Assembly (NCBI GenBank): GCA_951406725.2
Contig: OX597829.1
Span: forward strand, 53,134,001 to 53,198,000
Direction: 5' to 3'
Origin: Octopus vulgaris
Taxonomy: Eukaryota
DNA: 64,000 nt
In this document: one piece after another, positions 25,314-37,689 of the stretch
Layout of the letters: every line of letters begins with the position of its first letter
How positions within the stretch are numbered: the stretch's first letter is position 1
Notes under the pieces: generated by a model
Databases searched by the model: none
The model's input: only the letters and a program-made list of their open reading frames with translations
Told to the model about the DNA's origin: nothing
Position numbers and translations under genes: made by a program

Positions 25314-26303
25314 CCGGTGACACGTAAAAGCACCATCCGTTCGTGGCCGTTTGCCAGCTCTGTCTGGCCCCTGTGTTGGTGGCACGTAAAAGCACCATCC
25401 ATTCGTGTCCGTTGCCAGCATCGCCTGGCCCCGTGCCGGTGACACGTAAAAGCACCATCCGTTCGTGGCCGTTTGCCAGCTCTGTCTGGCACCCGTGCGG
25501 GTGGCACGTAAAAGCACCATCCATTCGTGTCCGTTGCCAGCATCGCCTGGCCCCGTGCCGGTGACACGTAAAAGCACCATCCGTTCGTGGCCGTTTGCCA
25601 GCTCTGTCTGGCACCCGTGCGGGTGGCACGTAAAAGCACCATCCATTCGTGTCCGTTGCCAGCATCGCCTGGCCCCGTGCCGGTGACACGTAAAAGCACC
25701 ATCCGTTCGTGGCCGTTTGCCAGCTCTGTCTGGCACCCGTGCGGGTGGCACGTAAAAGCACCATCCATTCGTGTCCGTTGCCAGCATCGCCTGGCCCCGT
25801 GCCGGTGACACGTAAAAGCACCATCCGTTCGTGGCCGTTTGCCAGCTCTGTCTGGCACCCGTGCGGGTGGCACGTAAAAGCACCATCCATTCGTGTCCGT
25901 TGCCAGCATCGCCTGGCCCCGTGCCGGTGACACGTAAAAGCACCATCCGTTCGTGGCCGTTTGCCAGCTCTGTCTGGCACCCGTGCGGGTGGCACGTAAA
26001 AGCACCATCCATTCGTGTCCGTTGCCAGCATCACCTGGCCTCCGTGCCGGTGGCACGTAAAAGCACCATCCGTTCGTGGCCGTTTGCCAGCTCTGTCTGG
26101 CACCTGTGCGGGTGGCACGTAAAAAGCACCCACTACACTCACGGAGTGGTTGGCGTTAGGAAGGGCATTCAGCCATAGAAACACTGCCAGATCAGACTGG
26201 GCCTGGTGCAGCCTTCTGGCTTCCCAGACCCCAGTTGAACCATCCAACCCATGCTAGCATGGAAAGCAGACGCTAAATGATGATGATGATGATGATGATG
26301 ATG
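25314..26303 (+). repeat. RTE 3' UTR with homogeneous 122-bp (2 x 61 bp) tandem array, about 6.5 units (25314-26120)
   Basis: Units start at about 25315, 25436, 25558, 25680, 25802, 25924 and 26047; the standard tail and (GAT)n follow. Confidence 0.92.
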
Positions 26304-26641
26304 ACAGCCACATATGTACCTATAGCAATCCTGAATGTAAAATGAGATGGTCATGACGAAAATGTCATTTGATCAAATATCTTCTCGGTCAAAGCTAACT
26401 GAGGTTGCACCAAAACATTAACAACAGCAACAAAATTCTTTAACAGTGAAAATGTCTAATTAACATTTAAAAATTACTTTTATTTAAACTAAAATTTTCC
26501 AATTTCCTTTTCTTTCTTTTGCTCGCTTTCTATCTTTCTTTCTCCCTCTTTCTCTCACTTACTCTCTCTCTCTCTTTCACTCTTTCTCACTCTCTTTCTC
26601 TCTCAGATATGTGTGTGTGTGTGCATGTGTGTGTGTGTACG

Positions 26642-26668
<27 letters not shown>

Positions 26669-26672
<4 letters not shown>

Positions 26673-26945
26673 TCATCATCATCATTATCATCGTTTAACA
26701 TGCGTTTTCCATGCTGGCATGGGTTGGACGATTTGACTGAGGGCTGGAAACCCAGTGGCTGCACCAAGCTCCAATCTTGATCTGGCAGTGTTTCTACAGC
26801 TGGATGCCCTTCCTAATGCCAACCACTCTGAAAGTGTAGTGGGTGCTTTTTATGCGCCACCGGCAGCCAGTCAGGCGGCATTGGTATCAACCATGCTCAA
26901 ATGGTGCTTTTTACATACCACCGGCACAGGAACCAGTCAGGCGAC
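26669..26945 (-). mobile_element. RTE 3' UTR-family fragment
   Basis: (CAT)n followed by TTTCCATGCTGGCATGGGTTGG...GCTGGATGCCCTTCCTAATGCCAACCACTC. Confidence 0.75.
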
Positions 26946-26959
26946 AATATATTTATATA

Positions 26960-29040
26960 TAAAACTTAGATAAAACTTAGATATGTTTCGACCAGAGATT
27001 GGTCCAGGCCATGTCTAACTTAATAGCACCACCTGATAGGATTATTTGAATCCTGTTTAAGTCAAGTTTTGTTCAAGTAGTGAGTTCTTGTTGGGTGAGT
27101 TGTATCCAATTATGGGTGGCTTATCTGGTATTCTTTGAAGGAATCTATCCAGACTCTGTTTGAAGTTGATGGGATCCTTTTCCTCTTTGATCTCCCTCGG
27201 GACAATGTTAAATAGGGCAGGGCCTGTTGAGGAAAAGAAATTATGTTGCAGTGTACATGTATATTGTGATCTTGAATTTGGCAGGGGACGTATAGCCCGT
27301 GGTCCAAGTCTCGGATGAACCTTGAAGCTAATGTTTAGGTCGTTTGGGCAAAGTTGGCGGTATATTTTCCACATCGTACAAATGATGTACCGCTCACGGC
27401 GACGCTGGAGGGAGTAAAGTTTCAAGGCTTTAAGGCGATCCCAATAATCGAGAGCAGCCATGCCTTCAATTTGTTTAGTGAGAGCCCTCTGGGGTGACTC
27501 AATTCTGGAGATGTTTTGTCTTGTGTGAGGAGACCACAGTGGGCAGCAGTATTCAAGGTGTGGCCGTACAAAGGATGAAAAAAGTGGTATGATGACACCT
27601 TGTTCTCTGGACCGGAAAGTTCTTAAGATCCAGGAACTCATCCTACGAGCTGTATCGACCTTCTTGTTGATGTGTGCACTCCAACTGAGATCGTCATCAA
27701 CAATTACACCCAGGTCTCTGATATTGTTAGAGGCTGTGAGCGGTTCCCCTGAAGGAAGAGAGTATGGTTGTTTTAGTGAGGAATTTCTTCCAAAATGCAT
27801 CAGCTCAAATTTTCCCTCATTCAGTTGCATTTTGTTTCTGTCTGCCCATTGATTCACAGCATATAGGTCAGACTGGAGTTGAGTTCAGTCTGCTTCTTCA
27901 TTGACGATTTGCTGGAGCTTAGTGTCATCAGCGAATATTTTCACTTTGCAGTGATGCACGACACTGGAAAGGTCGTTTACATAAATTATGAAGAGTAGCG
28001 GACCCAAAACAGTTCCCTGGGGAACACCGCTGGTGACTTTTGCTGGGTTTGAGTGGACTCCATCAACTACAACATGTTGTGTTCTATTCGCTAGGAAATA
28101 CTGAATCTAGTGTAGAACTTTTCCACGGATTCCAACATTTGCCAATTTTGAGAGTAGGATGTTATGGTCTACCCTGTCGAACGCTTTACTGAAGTCAAGA
28201 TATATGACGTCAGAGTTCGAACCTGTTCCCAAGGCTTTGAGTACATCTTCAATGTGGTGTAAGAGCTGTGTTAGACAGTCCCTGCCACAGTGAAAGCCAT
28301 GCTGATTTGAATTTAGGAGTTTGTGGGTCTCCAGGAAGTCAGCTATCCTTGATCTTAACACTCTTTCAAACACTTTAATGATGTGGGAGGTGAGTGAGAT
28401 TGGGCGATAGTTGACTGCGAGGGATCTGTTTCCCTGTTTGAAAACCGGGATGACCGACTGGGATAGAAACTTTTCGGTATATAACCTGCGTCTAACGAGT
28501 TTCTCCAGAGGTTGGTCAGAGGGGCTGCAAGTTGATATCTACATTCCTTCAGGAGACTGGCGGGAAATCTATCAGGGCCTACAGCAGAGTGATGTTTGAC
28601 CTCATTTATTGCTGCTACGATGTCGGTGGCAGTGAAGGTTATGTCTGCAATTTTGTGTTGGGAGTCAGCTTCGTTTGTTTCCCTCACATCAATATCAGTG
28701 GGAACACTGAAGACAGAGCAATATTGTTTCTGCAGTATTTCTGCCATTTCTTTAGCATCGTGTTGGGGAATGCCGTTTTCATCAATCAATGGCCCAATAG
28801 GTGAGACAGTGGTTCTATGCTTATTTGCATAAGAATAGAACACTTTTGGGTTCTGTTTGATGTTTTTGATTACCCATTGTTCCTCCACAGCTCTTTGATT
28901 TTCAATGGAGGTTTTCATGTTAGTCTGCAGATGAAGTTTTTCCAGCTCTAGTCTTTTCATTGTTGTTGAATGTGGATGTTGCGTGTGGGAATATTTTAAT
29001 TGGTTGATTTTTTTGTTGAGTCTTTTGATGCACCTGATGA
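26960..29040 (-). mobile_element. CR1-like LINE, 5'-truncated, reverse transcriptase with a stop and frameshifts
   Basis: IKQNPKVFYSY, AVGPDRFPA, NQHGF, VIYLDFSKAFDRVDH, GVPQGTVLGPLLFIIYVND, FADDTKL, IRDLGV, VRPHLEYC, LYSLQRRRERY; tandem tail (ATCTAAGTTTT)2. Confidence 0.93.
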
Positions 29041-29043
29041 GTG

Positions 29044-29126
<83 letters not shown>

Positions 29127-29439
29127 AATATATATATATATACACACACACACATACACATTTATCTTCTCTTATTTTATCTGTTACTTGTTCCAGCCAT
29201 TAGACCATGGCCATGCTGGGGCACCAAGTTGAAGAATTCTTAGTTGAATAAATCAACTCCAGTAACTACTCTATCAGTCTCTTTTGTCAAACCACTAAGT
29301 TATAGGAACACAAACACACCAACACTAGTTGTTAAACAGTGATGGGAGCAAGTACACACACACACACACACATACACACAAGCGCACACACACACACACA
29401 CACATTTATATATGATATCAGATCTGTCTCTTTTTCTAT

Positions 29440-30010
<571 letters not shown>

Positions 30011-31171
30011 TTTATATCACCCTCTATCTGTGTGTCTATCTGATTGATTCTTCTACCAATCTACCAAGCTACATGTCTGTCTTTAGTCTTTTGTGCATGT
30101 TATTATGTATGCATGATTGAGTGAGTGAATGTGTGTGTATGTGTGTGTGTGTGCGTGTGTGTGTGCATGTGTGTATCTGTCTGTCTGTCTGTCCATGTGT
30201 ATCTGTGTGCTAGTTTTACCATAATCTTTTTCCTTATATTCCATACACTCCATGCTATTATTTCTGCATCAAATCAAGCTTTTAATAATTCGAGTTCAAA
30301 AACGATTCTCTTCCACCTCCACCGTTATCTTCGACTTTCTAAGTTTCCATTTCATTCTTTTCCGTCTCTGTTTCTTTATTATTTTATTCTTTGCTTTCGT
30401 TTCACTACTTTTTTTTCTTCTTTTTGGTATTTTCTTTCTTTGTTTTGTTTCCGTTGTCTTCTTTTTCTTTTTCTTATGAATGATGCTAGTTTGGAAATCC
30501 TGAATATTGGCATTGTTAATCTTTCCATGTTCACATTCGCTGCCCTTGTGGCAAATGAAAGAAATTGTTGTTCTTGTTGATGCTGTTATTGTTTCTTGTT
30601 GTTGCTGTAGTTGCTGCTGCTACTGCTGCTGCTACTGCTGCTGCTCCTGCTGTTTTTGTTGCAGTGAACAGCCAATGTATCTCAGAGCTTCTTAAGGAAT
30701 CATCTAGGAAAGACAAAGAGGAAGGTGAACATAGTTATGTCTCTGGGGACAGACCAGAGCAGCAGCAGCAAAGACAAGTTCTATCAAACTCATCTTCAGT
30801 ACAACCAACACCTGGGACCGAGAAGCCACTACGGAGTCTGTCTTTCAAATAACACGAGACGAGGCAGAAGTTCCAACCAACAGTTTCTAACAGCAACAAT
30901 GAAAAATATATGAAACATGGAGAAGGGTGAGGAAACTGCAAGGACAATTGAAAAAAAATAAAAGGTAAAAATAGCCTCAGACAGGGGATACTTGAAACGA
31001 CCATGGAAGGGCATTTGTTTGACCACAGAGGGTGGGTTTCAGTCATCTGAACGAATGGTGGGAATCCGATGAAATGGTAACAGGAAATGAAAGACAGCAA
31101 CAGGAATGAGGATCCAGTTTAGAGTGAGATTGAAAGCAATTGCCTCAAACATCAAGATGGTTGATTTTTAA

Positions 31172-31367
31172 CTCTTTGGCATTCACGGATTACTCTGTCA
31201 AATGTAATGCTTATGCATTGTCTCATAGCGTCAAGATTTTGATGATGTGATCATTTATTTCTAGAATGACATTGCAGGGTAGGTGCAAGAGGCTGGATCT
31301 GGCCAGTTTGAATATAAAGACAGGTAGAATATTTGGGCCGGATATGGCTGGTTTAAATACTAATGGG
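31172..31367. mobile_element. piggyBac-type MITE, second copy
   Basis: TTAA|CTCTTTGGC...ACTAATGGG|TTAA; internal similarity to 22926-23135 (GGGTAGGTG...CTGGATCTGG.CAGTTTGAA). Confidence 0.8.
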
Positions 31368-32011
31368 TTAATGACAAATATCTAAATCAGAAAACTATCA
31401 ACAGCTAAAGATTGGATGTGAGAGGCATTGAGGGTTTGGTCCAAACTAACTCAAGTTGACAGGCAAGTTTGGAGAACCGAAAACACAGAAAGTGACTGGA
31501 CTGGAAGAAAGTCATCATCATGGAGTCACCTGGTTCTACCTAGATGGAGGTTTCTTACTCATGTATGGGTGGATTACCCATATTTATTTTGTACACCATG
31601 CCTGTCTAAATTCTCCCTTCTTGCTCTCTGGTACACAAGCACCATCATTATCTCCCTTCCAGCTACCCTTGCAGAGCCACCATGTATGTCCTCTCTAATA
31701 AGACACCTGCACTTGATTCTCTATCACAGTTTAGTCTTTAAAACCTGACATAAAGTCACCTCCCCCTCAATCGAGGGAGGACTTTTTCCTTTCCCTTTCT
31801 GTACTTTTCTTTGTCTTGCAAGGTACTTGGCAACCCCACTGGTGCTGGTGTCATGATAAAAGCACCCAGTACACACTGAAAAGTGGTCAGTGTTAGGAAG
31901 GGCAGCATCCAGCTGTTGAAACCATGCTAAAATAGGCACTAGGGCTTGATACACTGCAGCAGTTCACTGTCAAACCATCCAACCCTCACTAACATGGAGA
32001 TCACGTGTTCA

Positions 32012-32057
<46 letters not shown>

Positions 32058-32532
32058 CGACAACCACAATGATGATGATGATGATGACAACAACAATGTT
32101 GGTGATGATGACAGATGATGATAAGAACGATGATGATGAGAACGATGATGATGACAATGGTGATGATGATGATAATTATGATGATGATGACGATGACGAT
32201 GATGACGATGATTATGATGATGAATTTATCAATGATGATGACAATAATGACAATGATGGCAATGATGATGACAGATGATGATGAGAACAATAATGATGAT
32301 GATGATGACGATGACAATGGTGATGATGATGATGACAATGACAATGTCGATGATAACAGATGATGATGAGAACGATGATGATGACAATGATGATGATGAC
32401 AATGGTGAGGATGATGATGATGATGATGATGACAACAACAATGATGACGACGATGATGACGATGATGATGATGAATTTAACAATGATGATGATAATTATG
32501 ATGATGACGACGATGACGATGACGATGATGAT
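32012..32532. repeat. (GAT)n compound microsatellite grown from an old RTE-type tail (about 31810-32011)
   Basis: Seen directly; contains internal block duplications. Confidence 0.9.
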
Positions 32533-33688
32533 GTACATCCCCACATTTTATAATCCATTTTGTGAAACACAATCACCATCATCATCATTATAACTCGTTG
32601 GATTGGCAGAAGTGTTATAAATATGTGAACACAAGGATGATATGTTCCTCACGTGACGGGAGAGCTTCCACTTGAGCCAATCAAGAGACCTCACAGATCC
32701 AGGATTACCTTCTTCAACAGGGACAAAATGCCTTGCAGTATTTTTTTTTTTTTTTTGATACTTTACATTCTGAGTTCAAATCCTACCAAGATGAACTAGA
32801 AAGGTACTGGGATCAATACAATCAACTGCTCCCTTTCCCAAAATTTCTACTGTTATTATTATTATTTAGCATGAAAAACGTACGTTAAACGATGATTATT
32901 GTTGTTGTTGTTGTTGTTGTTATTGTTGTTGTTGTTATCATCATCATCATTATTATTATTTTTGAGTGATTTGTTAGTTGGTTAAATAACTAAACAACTG
33001 ACTAATAATAAAGAAGTGAAATTAAACCAGTGTGTGTGTTTATTGTTATTTGTGTAATGACCCTTCCAAGACACAGCAAGATTTGTTTCATCATGTGAAA
33101 TCAGATCAAGAATCTTGCAAACCAAATACAATAACAAATTATTATTACCATTATTGGAATTTGCCTCAATACCATGAGATTTTCTGTTTAAGTTTCACAC
33201 TTTTTCTAATGTTTTTGTCCTAAAAGAGATTTGTTTACTTCAAGTTGTCAGTTTTGCTGAGAAACTGACATATAATGCTGAGATTCAGTTTTTTTCTTTC
33301 TTTTGTTGACAGCTACATACAAGGTCGTACTATCAATAAAACTCTGGGGTTTTTTTTTCTTCTTCTGCTTGTTTGCTTTCAAAATTCCTATTTTCCTTTT
33401 TGAAAAACCATGGATGCCAAGATACCGAGAATGCCATCAAAAACACAGTGCTGGTGGTTCGAAGGAGATGAAAGAGAAGTGAAAGGTGTTGCTAAAACAG
33501 ATGAAAAATGTTCTACAACTTTGATCTCAAAAACAAAGTGGTGTGACCATTATGGCAACGATGTGCTTTGAAGTCATTTGCTGCCTATGTTTCACCATTA
33601 CATTGGTGTTGCTTCATGCAAATGAGGAAAAACAAAAACTGTAACAAACACAGCAGTAGTAATGATAATGGTACCAACAGCCAAGGAA

Positions 33689-33965
33689 AGGTACATGGCT
33701 CAGTGGTTAGAGCATTTGGCTCACAATCATGAAGTAGTGAGTTCGATTCCCAGACCAGGCTGTGTGTTGTGTTTTTGAGCAAGACACTTTATTTCTCATT
33801 CCTCTAGTTCATTCAGCTGTAGAAATGAGTTGTGACATCACAGGTACCAAGCTGTATCGGCCCCTTTGCCTTTCGCTTGGGTAACATCGGTGGTATCAAT
33901 GACTGCTGGTCTACCATAAAAAAACAACCTTGCCTTGGAGGGGAACTTTCTAAGTGAAATCCCAT
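33689..33965 (+). mobile_element. tRNA-derived SINE (distinct CORE-like family)
   Basis: A-box TGGCTCAGTGG and B-box GAGTTCGATTCC, then TTGAGCAAGACACTT. Confidence 0.7.
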
Positions 33966-34103
33966 GGTTATTTGTTCCACATACTTCTCAAGATTTTTGC
34001 TCACTGTTCCCAGGAGTCCAACAATTATTGGTACTACTGTTACCTTTTTCATCGGCCACAACTGCTTAACTTCCCAAGCTAACCTGTCATATCTCTCGAC
34101 TTT
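33966..34103 (-). mobile_element. R4/Dong-like LINE fragment (RLE C-terminus) adjoining (TAT)n
   Basis: YDRLAWEVKQLWPMKKVTVVPIIVGLLGTVSKNLEKY, similar to ..LEIEVTRMWNLKTETIPIIVGALG in the 62679-63032 ORF. Confidence 0.75.
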
Positions 34104-34926
34104 TCATTATTATTATTATTATTATTATCATTATTATTATTATTATTGTTATTATTATTATTATTATTAATATTAATATTATTATTATTATTATTACTAT
34201 CATTATTATTATTATTGTTAATATCACTACTATTATTATTCCACCTTTGTGCAGCATTCTATTCTTCCACATTCTTCCACCTTCTGCTTGAAGAAACTCA
34301 TTCATTATAATCAATCTTTATTCATCAGTCAGATCTTTTATTCATTTATTTCATAATTTAAGTTTGAAAAATACAAAAGAAAAATCACAAAATAATTTGA
34401 TGAAGAAGCCAAGACATAAATGAACAGAAACGAATGAAGAATAACAAAAACATAAAAGAGTAAAAGAGAAAGCAAATAAACAATATTTCCGAAGAAGCTG
34501 TCCCACTTCTGTATATTCGCAAATCAAGATGTGCAAATCCCTTAAGTCATCCTCTATCTTTTTACCTCTCTCCTTACTTCTTTGTCACCACCACCACCAC
34601 CACCACCAGCAACACGACAACCTCTAAGTTATTTCTATGTCATCATCTCTAAATGTTATTGTTTATTTGGGGATAGGAGGGAGGGAGGGGATAATTTGTT
34701 TGTGTTTGTTTATCATATCAAGTTTTTGTTTTTTTTGTTATTTTTTTTTCAGATTTCACAATTCTAACATTATGTTCTGAGTTCAAATTCCGCTGAGGTC
34801 GACTTTGGCTTTCATCCTTTCAGGGTCGATAAATTAAGTACCAGTTGAGCACTGGGGTTGACGTAATTGACTATCCCACTCCTCCCCCACAAATTTCAGG
34901 CTTTGTGCCTATTAGTAGAAAGGATT

Positions 34927-35002
<76 letters not shown>

Positions 35003-35056
35003 TATATTATATTATTATTATTATATTAATTATTAAATCTATTAATTATTACCTGG

Positions 35057-35202
35057 GAGTGAGAGAGTGCAGTGCATGCCATCAAAGTGACACTGGGGTA
35101 AAATATACGAAGCCCAATATACCCATCATGACTACCCGTCTGATAAAGGTACACCAGGCACATGCATCACAACCATATGTGCGCGACATGGTGATCTCAT
35201 AT
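35057..35202 (-). mobile_element. Truncated copy of the (TAT)n-embedded element at 61757-62313
   Basis: Near identity to 61757-61900; flanked by TAT repeats on both sides. Confidence 0.8.
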
Positions 35203-35219
35203 TATTATTATTATTATTA

Positions 35220-35326
<107 letters not shown>

Positions 35327-35348
35327 GTTATTATTATTATTATTATTA

Positions 35349-35389
<41 letters not shown>

Positions 35390-36103
35390 TTTAAAAATTT
35401 TAAACTTTAAATTTTTTTCAAAATTAAAAAAGCAACTTATTTTATTGACCCAAAAGGGATGAAAGGCAAAGTCCACCTCAGCGGAATTTGAACCCAGAGC
35501 ATACAGATGGATGAAATGTTGTTAAGCATTTTGCTCAATATCATAGCAATTCTGTCAGCTTGCCACCCTTAATAAAGACAATGATGATGATGACAATAAT
35601 AATAACAGCAACAATAACAACATCAACTTCAACGGCAACAAGAACTACAGAATATTCTCTTCGTTGTCTGCTCTACAAAGCCTATTGTGAATCCAAAGTG
35701 AGTCAGGTTATGGAACAAACGCTAAGGTAACATGGAGAGGAAAACTCGGAGACAACATGAAGTGGAGTGTGGCAGGGAAAGGGGTTGAGGCACAAGAAGA
35801 AAAAAAAACTAAACAAAACAAAAACAAAGACAAATTGAATTTGTATTCCATTTCTACTGATTATTTGTTGGTTTATTCTTTTCAGTTTTTTTAATGTTTT
35901 ATTTAATAGTTGACACTGTTGTTGTTGTTGCTGCTGCTGCTGCTGCTGTTGTTGTTGTTGTAATTGTTGTTGTTGTTGATGTTCTTGAGTTTGTGGAAAC
36001 TGTTCTTTATTTCTGACTTCTGTCATCTACTACACATCTTTTTTTTCTCTCTTGATTATGATTTTACTTACTTTCTTGCTGCTGCTGTCACTACTAGTAC
36101 TAT

Positions 36104-36167
<64 letters not shown>

Positions 36168-36693
36168 CACCACCACCACCACCACCACCACCACCTGTGC
36201 CACCACCACCACCACTACTACTACTACTACTATATCTACTACTACCACCACAACCACCACCTGTGCCACAAACACCACCACTACTACTACTGCTGCTATT
36301 ACTACTACTACTACTACTATATCTACTACTACTATCACCACCACCACCACCGCTGCTGTTGTTGCTGTTATTAAAACTCTGTCTTTTGATCTGTTTTGAA
36401 ATTTTCGTTTAAAATTCCCGGTGATTCAAAACTGTTATCAATCGTAGAGAGAGAATCAAAGAGGTTCATGTGGCAAAAGTACCTTTGATTTATAACTCTG
36501 ATGCAAATATGACCATTTCTTCTTTCAAGAAATAACGATGGCTGTGTGGTAAGAAGTTTGATTTCTAGTCACAGGGTTCCAGGTTCAATCCCACTGTATG
36601 ACATCTTGGCCAAGTGTCTTCTACTTGAGCTCTGGGGCTATAGTAGTAGACTTGTAAGTGAATTTGGTAGATAAAAGAAGCCCATGTGTATAA

Positions 36694-37370
36694 ATGTCAT
36701 GGTTTGCCAGGTGTACTGATATTCTGTAACAGGTTTGAACATTTTAATGAACTGTTCTTCTTGTGAAAAATGGACAGATTTTCGCAAATGCAGATTTGAA
36801 CTGCAAAAGCAGAAATTTGATCTACTGCATTAAATGCCCAAATTGCAAGTAATTCTATATAGGTGAGAATGGGAATGCATTATCGGAACACTCATGAGTT
36901 CACAGACAACAAATCCAGAACACCAATGTTCACCAAATTCCATTGGGTGAACATAAAGATACATGTGGTCAGAAAATGTTTCTAATTTTTCCTTTCCACA
37001 AACTACATGACACAAGTGAGGTTGGAAGAAAGATAAAAGAAAAACGGTTTATTAAAATGTTCAGACCTGTTCTGAATGGAAATAACTGCAATAATATAAC
37101 AACCAGTTAATGATATGAATTAATAAATATAAACGAGTTACAGAATATCAGTATGCCTGGCAAACCATGGCATTTAAGCTGCATGTGGATTGGTTAAAAC
37201 CATATTCCAAAGATTCAGCTTGCTGGAGCGTTGTAAGAGATACTAAAGTTATCAAAAACTCAACTGTCAGTTACATACATTTTAAAATCTGATGATTATT
37301 CTATGTATGAAAGCATTATTTTTTATGAACATTGCAAACTATTTTTTTTATTGTGTTAAAATATTATAAA
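36694..37370 (+). mobile_element. Penelope-like element: GIY-YIG fragment with inverted 5' repeat and downstream hammerhead remnant
   Basis: LNCKSRNLIYCIKCPNCK*FYIGENGNALSEH..VHRQQI ... GEHKDTCG...PFHKL...RKIKE..FIKMFRPVLN. 36694-36730 is inverted relative to 37137-37173. CTGATGA at 37289 and GAAA at 37309. Confidence 0.82.
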
Positions 37371-37464
37371 AAACGTGTGTGTGTGTTTGTATGTCATTAT
37401 TCAACAGAGTATTTTGGTTTGTAGTATGGATGTATTTGTGTATGCATGTATGCATGTATGTATG

Positions 37465-37498
<34 letters not shown>

Positions 37499-37516
37499 TG
37501 TATGTTAGTATGTATG

Positions 37517-37549
<33 letters not shown>

Positions 37550-37689
37550 TAGTATGTATGTATGTATGCATGCATGTATGTATGTATGTTAGTATGTATG
37601 TATGTATGTATGTATGTATGTATGTATGTATGTATGTTAGTATGTATGTATGTATGTGTGTGTATGTATGTATGTATATGTACAAATTT

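Noticed and set aside
25203-26247. Long ORFs (251-339 aa) in all three minus frames, and a CRISPR-like periodicity
   Set aside because: They result from a stop-free 122-bp tandem repeat; the units are identical with no unique spacers, and there are no cas genes.
26975-27025. Hammerhead-like hairpin plus GAAAC at the CR1-like LINE 3' end
   Set aside because: No CUGANGA core; better explained as the LINE 3' recognition stem-loop.
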